In this document: positions 29,063 through 36,227 of the stretch, one piece after another | Layout of the letters: every line of letters begins with the position of its first letter | How positions within the stretch are numbered: position 1 is the first letter of the stretch | Assembly: GCA_050953835.1 (NCBI GenBank) | Contig: JBMNNH010000018.1 | Location: 3,030-67,029 of the forward strand | Origin: Acetivibrionales bacterium | GTDB lineage: Bacteria > Bacillota > Clostridia > Acetivibrionales > JBMNNH01 | Direction: 5' to 3' | Length of the DNA stretch: 64,000 bases | Program-made: the position numbers and the translations under genes | Notes under the pieces: generated by a model | What the model saw: the letters and a program-made list of their open reading frames with translations, nothing else | What the model was told of the DNA's origin: nothing | The model's database searches: none

Positions 29063-29765
29063 TATATTCTCTACCGAATTCTATAAAAAGTTTATTATCA
29101 TCCCTGATGAAGGAAAAACCTTCATAATCACAGGAAATAAGTTCCCTTTGCTTTTCAATGTCTGTAGATTCTACTTTACTGATATTCTTATAAGCCGGAT
29201 TATTTTTAGCAAAGTCCAGACAACAGATATAACGAAGTTTTCCATTGTATTTTTCTTTTAAATCCTTGATTTTCAATCCAAGCCTTAAAGTAGTTATTAT
29301 ACTCGGAATATTAAACGGGGAAACAGTATTGGCAACATAGTGTATTTCATTATCCTCTTTGGCAATATTAACCAATAAACGGGCAAGAATAAACTGTATG
29401 TTGTTTCCCCTCGCCTTCGGATGGACTACAGCGGTCTCAAGGTGGGATACATTTTGTATATGTTGGTCGTGTATCCTCAGGTCATATCCCAGATTATCAT
29501 CCCTTATACCAGGTTTTATCAACCCTACAAAGGCAAGCAGCTTTCCCTCGTCTCTCAAGCCGTAAAGGTAGCCTCCTCCGCCAAAAATGAAATCTAATTC
29601 CCACTCTTCAACCGGTACGAAAACCTGTTTACTGCCAAGGTATTCCATAACTTCTGACTGGAGTTTGAAGATATCAGGTACATCATTTGGAAAAAGGCGC
29701 GTAACGACAGCATCGGTACTTCTTCCGGTATCCTTAAAGACTATATGTACTGTATCCTTATCCAT
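28995..29765 (-). CDS. GNAT-like acetyltransferase (tentative)
   Basis: AVVHPKARGNNIQFILARLL resembles GNAT motif A (V-x-P-x-x-R-G-x-x-I). 256 aa. Confidence 0.4.
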   Translation of the reverse strand: MDKDTVHIVFKDTGRSTDAVVTRLFPNDVPDIFKLQSEVMEYLGSKQVFVPVEEWELDFIFGGGGYLYGLRDEGKLLAFVGLIKPGIRDDNLGYDLRIHDQHIQNVSHLETAVVHPKARGNNIQFILARLLVNIAKEDNEIHYVANTVSPFNIPSIITTLRLGLKIKDLKEKYNGKLRYICCLDFAKNNPAYKNISKVESTDIEKQRELISCDYEGFSFIRDDNKLFIEFGREYIDDWGDGKYRELLLYECKSGCI

Positions 29766-29768
29766 ATA

Positions 29769-32108
29769 TTACTTCTCCCTGTTCCCTTTACACCATTTTA
29801 AAACCAGTGATGCTAGAACCAGAAGCAAACCACCTCCTGCTATAATAGCCCCAATATAACCTGTGCCTGGAACAAGTCCTGCTGCAATAAACCCTCCATA
29901 CAGCATAGGACTGACGGCATCTCCCATTTTTTCACTCATGCTGAAAACGGAAATTGCTTTTCCTTCACCTAATTCTTTTGATTGTTTAGTTCCCAGATAG
30001 TAATTGGTAGATGCTGCTACAAGGCTTTTATCACATATACTTAAAATCATTATAGTAATTATCACTGATAGTACACTTCCGGTAGAAGCAAAAATGAAAA
30101 TTGCCCCGCCCATAATGAGCATTGAAATAACCATCGTAGGTTTTATGCCAAGATACCGGTTTGAATACTTTATTATTATCGAACTGAAAATAATACTGCA
30201 CAATGATGAAAGCATAAAAACCTGTCCTATAAAGCTTTGTGACAAACCATTTTCAGATGCAAACAAAGGGAAATAATAATCCAGGAATGTCCTTCCTAAT
30301 CTGGTTGGTATAATGATTGCAACAATAAAGAACAGTATTACAGGATTAAGAAGAAATCCAAAAATAGATACTCCATTACCCTTATTCCTTGCAGCCGACA
30401 CTTCTATTACAGCCTTTTTCTCTTCACTTAAGCTGTTTTTCCTTGAGACAAACATAACTACCATAATCCCAAGAACCAGTACAGCAGAAATCAGGAAAAC
30501 AGGCGGGAAACCAGCCCTATCAGAAATCATGGCTCCAATTACAACACCGCAGGTTGCTCCTGCACTGCCTCCAATATTCATACCTGATATACCTTCATTC
30601 CTTTTTTCAACCGAGTCAGCCATAAGTACCAAAGCCCTGATTGACATCAATAAAAGGCCGAATCCAATACCTGAAACTCCTCTGAACAAAGAAAACGGTA
30701 CTAGAGATTGTGCAAAACCTGAAAGCGCATTTCCCAGCAAAAGGAAGGCAGAGCCTATGCCAAATATTTTCTTCCAGCCGTATTTATCAATAAAAGCACC
30801 TGCAACTATTGTTGCAAGAACACCAAAAAGCATCTCTGCAGTATAGGGCATACCTATCATAATATTTTTAGGTATTCCCATAAGCGGCATATACAACTGT
30901 TTCGAAATTATTGGTATAAAAGACACATACATGCTGGTCGCAGTAAACACAACAAAGGATAATGCACGTATACTATATTTCCTTTCATCTTCTACCAGAT
31001 GTGGAGAGGCAAGCCTGTTTACAGAAAGTGATATAATACATGCTATTTCAAGCATAAACATAACAGATACTATCAGAGCTGTCAGTGTATCCAGCAAAAT
31101 TACCATAAGATAGCTTCTGATATTATCTTCTGAAATGTAGATGTCAAGCTTGACAGAATTTTGGCCAGCGTCCGGCTGAAGGGCGGATGAAATCATTTCT
31201 ACAGGCTTAGCGTTTTCTTGTTTTTTAGCTTCATGAGATATGGAGTTCCCATCAGTTATAGAAATAGAACTGATACCTTTCGTGGAACTAATTAAGTAAT
31301 CAAAATAATGTTCCATATCATTTAATCGGTCATATGTCACTCCCTTACTTATGACTGCCTCAATGTCATTTTTCACAGCATTGCTTACAATTTGGGCGTT
31401 TTCCCTTGCTACTGACCTGTACTCCTTGTTAAATTCAATATATGTCATCACACAGAAAAACAACTGTGCAAACAGCAATGTTATAATAAGGACTTTTCTT
31501 AATATCTTTGTATTAACCTTCGAATCCTTTATTAACGATCCCTTGCTTGTATAAATGACAAGTATCAGGAGTGCAGCAATAGAAACCAGTCCAAGGTAAA
31601 TAAGCATCCTCAACATACCAGAAGCAATCCTTCCGGTAACATTCTGTGAATCTATTATTATATCAAAAAAGCCAATTGTATCCTCTTGTTTGTCATGTAG
31701 CGGAAGAATTACATGATATTTGTCTTCACTCATGAATATCTGTTCGCTACTGCCGCTCTCTTTACTGAAGCCTTCAATAAAACCTGTATCAATATTATCT
31801 TCCGTATTTGTTGAGTACAGAAGGTTTTTATCTTTATTAAACAGATGTATATCATTAATAGACTGAGAAAGCCCCTTGATTTTGTGCAAAACGTCTTGAA
31901 TGCCATAGAACTTTTCAAGGTCCTTTCCGTACCTCACTGCATACTCAATGTAACGTACACCCTGGCTGCCGGCTATAGTATAAGTTTGGAGCAATGATTC
32001 CTCAAGATTGTTCCTGAATTTCGACAAATTATATATGCCAGTAAAACCCAGCGAAACAAGTATTAATACCAACGAATAAATAAATATTTTAGTTTTTATC
32101 TTTTTCAT
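29769..32108 (-). CDS. Fusion protein: N-terminal 4-TM/two-ectodomain sensor-like module plus C-terminal MFS permease
   Basis: ATG at 32108 lies 6 nt after AAGGTGGA. The N-terminal roughly 350 aa are paralogous to ORF 33305..34363. The C-terminal roughly 420 aa show 12 TM segments and MFS-like loops (GAFIDKYGWKK). Confidence 0.65.
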   Translation of the reverse strand: MKKIKTKIFIYSLVLILVSLGFTGIYNLSKFRNNLEESLLQTYTIAGSQGVRYIEYAVRYGKDLEKFYGIQDVLHKIKGLSQSINDIHLFNKDKNLLYSTNTEDNIDTGFIEGFSKESGSSEQIFMSEDKYHVILPLHDKQEDTIGFFDIIIDSQNVTGRIASGMLRMLIYLGLVSIAALLILVIYTSKGSLIKDSKVNTKILRKVLIITLLFAQLFFCVMTYIEFNKEYRSVARENAQIVSNAVKNDIEAVISKGVTYDRLNDMEHYFDYLISSTKGISSISITDGNSISHEAKKQENAKPVEMISSALQPDAGQNSVKLDIYISEDNIRSYLMVILLDTLTALIVSVMFMLEIACIISLSVNRLASPHLVEDERKYSIRALSFVVFTATSMYVSFIPIISKQLYMPLMGIPKNIMIGMPYTAEMLFGVLATIVAGAFIDKYGWKKIFGIGSAFLLLGNALSGFAQSLVPFSLFRGVSGIGFGLLLMSIRALVLMADSVEKRNEGISGMNIGGSAGATCGVVIGAMISDRAGFPPVFLISAVLVLGIMVVMFVSRKNSLSEEKKAVIEVSAARNKGNGVSIFGFLLNPVILFFIVAIIIPTRLGRTFLDYYFPLFASENGLSQSFIGQVFMLSSLCSIIFSSIIIKYSNRYLGIKPTMVISMLIMGGAIFIFASTGSVLSVIITIMILSICDKSLVAASTNYYLGTKQSKELGEGKAISVFSMSEKMGDAVSPMLYGGFIAAGLVPGTGYIGAIIAGGGLLLVLASLVLKWCKGNREK

Positions 32109-32147
32109 GTCCATTCCACCTTTATGCATCTCGTAATAATATAAGGC

Positions 32148-33308
32148 TTACTCTATCTCAAGGTATATTTTGTCTGCAACAAGAAGCAAATCGAAAGATA
32201 CAGGATAATTAATCCTGTCTGCAACACCAAGATTAATATCTATCCTTGGTGTAGAAACAAATTCCTGAACAAGATTACCAGGTTTTTCCCCCTTAAGCAC
32301 CTGAGCAATCCTTACTGCTCCAAACTGTCCTATTTCCTCAAAACTTGTAACATTAATACTCATTAAGGCGCCTTTAGCTACCTCCTGTCCTCCAAGCTGT
32401 GAAAAAACAGGTACTCTCTTTTCATAGAAGGGCTCAAGCAATTCCTTAAGCCATTCTGCGTTAATCTCCGCAACCGTTATGTAAAAAGCGTCTATTTCGT
32501 CCGAAATCTCATCATATGCACGGGCAAGTTCTTCCTTATACCTATCAATATCACTGCTGTCTTTCGGCATATCAACATATTTAATAACAGTTTCAAACCC
32601 ATATTCCTCTGATAGGTCATTAATATTATTCACCGGTGTAAAAGCCCTGGCAATATCACTGTCTTCCATTACTATGCCAAGTTTTTTAAAGTTGAAAATA
32701 TCATAGAAAACCCTTAACTGTCTTTCAAACCTTGCCGGATCGGTATGGGCCCATATGTTTTCCTTATTGGAGTATTCATATGTTTCTGATATTCCTGCTA
32801 AAACAGCATCAGTAACAGAAAAAATCATGGAATTAACACTGTGAGCAGTATCTGCAATCATGTTTCCGGCATCAGTACCCAAAACAATAACCAGATCCAC
32901 CTCATTACTTGACAGTCTTGAAACAAGCTGTTCCTTTTGCTCATCATCAATATAGGCCAGGCTGTAGTGAAAATCGGGAACAAACTCCAAATAGTCACTC
33001 ACATCATTTGTGCTTAAATAATCCCACATTGTTTTGGTATCCAACTGGCCTTCTTCATAGGGTACACCATCAATTCCTTTAAGCCACCTTATATCCTCAA
33101 GGCCTTTAAGTATATAATAAAATGATGGAGGATAGTTTACAAATTCATCACTTTCAATATAGCCGATTTTATACTTTCTTCCGTTTATTACCTGTGGTGA
33201 CAAATCATCATCAGAATCCCTTTCTGAATAAGCTGCCGCAGGCAACAACATTATCACCAAAGCAAGCACAAAGATTATAAAGAACTTTACACGTCTTCTA
33301 GCAATCAT
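32148..33308 (-). CDS. Secreted solute-binding protein (ABC_sub_bind/BMP-like family)
   Basis: Signal peptide, then a periplasmic-binding fold pattern ending KGALMSINVTSFEEIGQFGAVRIAQVLKGEKPGNL...INLGVADRINYPVSFDLLLVADKIY. No cognate ABC permease or ATPase is nearby. Confidence 0.6.
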   Translation of the reverse strand: MIARRRVKFFIIFVLALVIMLLPAAAYSERDSDDDLSPQVINGRKYKIGYIESDEFVNYPPSFYYILKGLEDIRWLKGIDGVPYEEGQLDTKTMWDYLSTNDVSDYLEFVPDFHYSLAYIDDEQKEQLVSRLSSNEVDLVIVLGTDAGNMIADTAHSVNSMIFSVTDAVLAGISETYEYSNKENIWAHTDPARFERQLRVFYDIFNFKKLGIVMEDSDIARAFTPVNNINDLSEEYGFETVIKYVDMPKDSSDIDRYKEELARAYDEISDEIDAFYITVAEINAEWLKELLEPFYEKRVPVFSQLGGQEVAKGALMSINVTSFEEIGQFGAVRIAQVLKGEKPGNLVQEFVSTPRIDINLGVADRINYPVSFDLLLVADKIYLEIE

Positions 33309-34363
33309 ACTTCTTTCCCCCTCCCGGATTGTCCGTTTTCAGTTTGTAAATATTTTTTGTCTATTATGCTAAACAGCTTTATAATTAGTACCTGCAGCAA
33401 TACACATATTGCAATAATGAATGCTGCACTACCTATTATTTTTTTTGCCCTATCATCTATATAAGCCTGAGACATAACTGCCTGTACTTCATTTTGCTGG
33501 TTTATATATAGATTCCTTATTTCTGGTACAGTACTGCTTATCTCTTCAAGCCAGCCACTAATGTCATGAATCCTGTCAATAGTGACTCCCTTATGAAGAA
33601 CCTTATTTATATCCATTTGGATAATAGAGCAAAGCCACTCACCTATTTTTTCAATTGAATAAAACAGAGAATCCCTTGTAATATACAATAGATAAGCGTT
33701 AAAAACTCCTAGTATAAAAATCGCAATAATGCAGAGTGCTAATGTAAAAATGAAGAAACTCCTCTTTTTATTATGTTCAAGCCTTATTCTTGTTGAGACA
33801 AAAATAATTATTATCAAGCCGCCTAATTGAAAAAGTATAAGCTGTATCCCATATTCCTTCTCATATAATGATACTTCATCGTTAAGCACATGATTTTCAA
33901 GGCTTATTACCATTACAGCAGCAAGATTTTCTTTCGCATCCAGTATAGGAACCGATATATAGTAAAGGCCTCCATCTTCAAAATAAGGTATTTCCTCATT
34001 GGCTGCATTGTTCAATAGTATACTCAGATTTGTGTTGTTATTTCTGTTGCTGTCATAAAGTGAATATAGGGTTTGTCCATTTTTCTGCATAATATGAATA
34101 TTATCTATTTCAGGTGCTGAATCACTAACCTGCCTTAAAATGCTGTCCATGTTATAAAAGTTTTGAATACTCTTACCGTATTTCAAGGCATATTCAATTT
34201 GCAGCACACCCTGTCGTGCTGCAAGCTTATAACCCCTGATCATTGCATTAATATGGCTTTCCCTGTACATCCTCTGGTTTATGCTGTATGAAAGAAACAG
34301 CCCGATGCAGATTACAATACTTAACAGTATAATAATATATGTCTTAAATTCCCTGCTGTTCAT
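33305..34363 (-). CDS. Stand-alone 4-TM/two-ectodomain sensor-like membrane protein
   Basis: Paralog of the N-terminus of the MFS fusion (RQGVLQIEYALKYGKSIQNFYNMDSILRQV versus SQGVRYIEYAVRYGKDLEKFYGIQDVLHKI). ATG at 34363 follows AGGAGG. ATGA overlap with the SBP gene. Confidence 0.6.
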   Translation of the reverse strand: MNSREFKTYIIILLSIVICIGLFLSYSINQRMYRESHINAMIRGYKLAARQGVLQIEYALKYGKSIQNFYNMDSILRQVSDSAPEIDNIHIMQKNGQTLYSLYDSNRNNNTNLSILLNNAANEEIPYFEDGGLYYISVPILDAKENLAAVMVISLENHVLNDEVSLYEKEYGIQLILFQLGGLIIIIFVSTRIRLEHNKKRSFFIFTLALCIIAIFILGVFNAYLLYITRDSLFYSIEKIGEWLCSIIQMDINKVLHKGVTIDRIHDISGWLEEISSTVPEIRNLYINQQNEVQAVMSQAYIDDRAKKIIGSAAFIIAICVLLQVLIIKLFSIIDKKYLQTENGQSGRGKEV

Positions 34364-34412
34364 ATCCCCCTCCTTGAATAAGTCTTGTACAGCCTGCCCA
34401 TGCAACAGCCTT

Positions 34413-34799
34413 TCAAGGCACTTGTATAGTAGCCTGTCCTGGATTGACTATCTGAATTATTCCACCATACATACATGTAAGCTTAGAAGATGAGTTAAGG
34501 GCCGGCTGTCCGGCAATAAGAACAGTAGGCGACCCAGGAACCCATGGTGAAGCAATATTAGGAACACAAGGCATGGGAGTCAGAACCCCCAACGCAGCAG
34601 CAGTCGCTGACTGCACAGCAGGATTACCCATACTGGTACACATAGCAAAGGGCATAACATTCGCCATTGGTTTATTGTCCATAATATTGGCCAAAGGTAG
34701 TGAAGTAATTGTTTTATTTTGAGGTGTTACGTTAAGTACCGATGGTGCTGTCCCAAAAGAACACATGCACTGTGCACCACCACAAACTGCCAATGCCAT
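34413..34799 (-). CDS. PAAR-like spike-tip protein (DUF4280-like)
   Basis: CGGAQCMCSFGTAPSVLNV...NVMPFAMCTSMGNP...PMPCVPNIASPWVPGSPTVLIAGQPAL...LTCMYGGIIQIVNPGQ matches the DUF4280 cysteine pattern. Confidence 0.85.
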   Translation of the reverse strand: MALAVCGGAQCMCSFGTAPSVLNVTPQNKTITSLPLANIMDNKPMANVMPFAMCTSMGNPAVQSATAAALGVLTPMPCVPNIASPWVPGSPTVLIAGQPALNSSSKLTCMYGGIIQIVNPGQATIQVP

Positions 34800-34859
34800 A
34801 AAAAGACCTCCGTTTTCTGTAATTATGTTTGTCAGTATTTATACCATGTAAAATATGAT

Positions 34860-35642
34860 TTAAAACTTAATAATGCCTGTATTATTATCAGTACCCAACT
34901 CCAGTGTGATGGATTCGGAATGTAGTACTTTGCCGGATACTCTTATTATTATCAAAGCCTCCCGGTCATCTTTATCAATGTCATGAATCCTTGCATGGAA
35001 TGCCCCATTACCGTCTATATATGCTTTAACTGCACTCTTTAACATCTCTCCTCTTTTATGAGTGTAAGAAAGCTGATGTTCAAAGGCATAAATATCATTA
35101 TCATAAGGCCCGCTTATTATTCTGCATAATTCACTATTCACATCATCCTTATCCTTAATTAAAAACATCCTTCCAGCTAAATCCTTTTTTCCTGTAGTAT
35201 AAAGCTTGACGCGTGTACTGCCTTTCTTTACAGATTCCTGTGCAATCTTTATTTTCTCCAGGTTTCTGCTGTATACCAGCAGTACATCTGTTTGATCAAA
35301 AGGCTTTTTCGATGAATCTAATTTACCATGGACTAGAACCAAATTACTCGAACCTGGATAAAGCATTCCTGGATTCAGGGTTACAGGTAAAACCGGATTT
35401 AACGGGTCAATGTCGGAAGTATTTACTGTAATTCTATCTGATTGGTAAACATCTGACACAATATCGAAATCATATGTATCATCTGGTAAATTACATACAA
35501 CGGTATAACCATCATTCTTATGTATAGTATCAACTGTAACACCGTTTACATATAACTTAACAAGGTTTTTGTTTACAGGCTTTCCTGTAATTGCATCCAT
35601 TATCCTAAATACTATTGATACTTTTTTCTTAATTGTGGTCAT
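34860..35642 (-). CDS. Carboxypeptidase-regulatory-like beta-sandwich protein (CIS-associated, function unknown)
   Basis: The N-terminal VSIVFRIMDAITGKPV...YTVVCNLPDDTYDFDIVSDVYQS resembles the CarboxypepD_reg fold. ATGA overlap (35639-35642) with the cap gene. Confidence 0.45.
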   Translation of the reverse strand: MTTIKKKVSIVFRIMDAITGKPVNKNLVKLYVNGVTVDTIHKNDGYTVVCNLPDDTYDFDIVSDVYQSDRITVNTSDIDPLNPVLPVTLNPGMLYPGSSNLVLVHGKLDSSKKPFDQTDVLLVYSRNLEKIKIAQESVKKGSTRVKLYTTGKKDLAGRMFLIKDKDDVNSELCRIISGPYDNDIYAFEHQLSYTHKRGEMLKSAVKAYIDGNGAFHARIHDIDKDDREALIIIRVSGKVLHSESITLELGTDNNTGIIKF

Positions 35643-36226
35643 GTTCTCTCTCCTTCATAAACATCCAGTGAAAAATCAGCCTCTGTGACTCTCTTAACTT
35701 CTCGAGTTTTTCTGGAATTCAACAGCACAGGTTCTACAATATATCCAACTGAAAGCTTATATGGTATATTCGGAAAGGCCCATATCCGCTGAAGCTCTTC
35801 ATAAGTAAGTTTATTGAAGGTAATTTGTATTCCTTCCCCGCTATCACGCAGTGTGCCCTCTAGATTTTCCGGTGTAATGACTGCATTGTCATGCAATATC
35901 TGTATTGCACGTCCTAATATCATGCTTTCATCTGCATTTCTAGAATATACTCCTGTTTTTGAATGTGATGTAAGTAAGTAATACAATTTTAGAGATAAGG
36001 GTGGGTATCTGAGTCTGTTCACATTCTCATTTATCATTGAGTTCTGACGATAATCACCGTTCTCTTCAATATGATATAGATAAAGTGTAAGCTGAAAATC
36101 CCCTGGATCATTTGGAGAGCACAAGCCGATCATCTCTGGTTTGTCAATAGGCTCGGGTATCATATTCTTCTGCAGAAGCCTTATTAAAGAGGTACCAACG
36201 TCAGTTATTACTGTATATTCCCCCAT
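35639..36226 (-). CDS. Tail terminator/cap protein, Afp16/Pvc16-like (DUF4255-like)
   Basis: VGTSLIRLLQKNM...FQLTLYLYHIEENG...YPPLSLKLYYLLTSHS...ESMILGRAIQILHDN is the DUF4255 pattern. Confidence 0.85.
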   Translation of the reverse strand: MGEYTVITDVGTSLIRLLQKNMIPEPIDKPEMIGLCSPNDPGDFQLTLYLYHIEENGDYRQNSMINENVNRLRYPPLSLKLYYLLTSHSKTGVYSRNADESMILGRAIQILHDNAVITPENLEGTLRDSGEGIQITFNKLTYEELQRIWAFPNIPYKLSVGYIVEPVLLNSRKTREVKRVTEADFSLDVYEGERT

Positions 36227-36227
36227 G

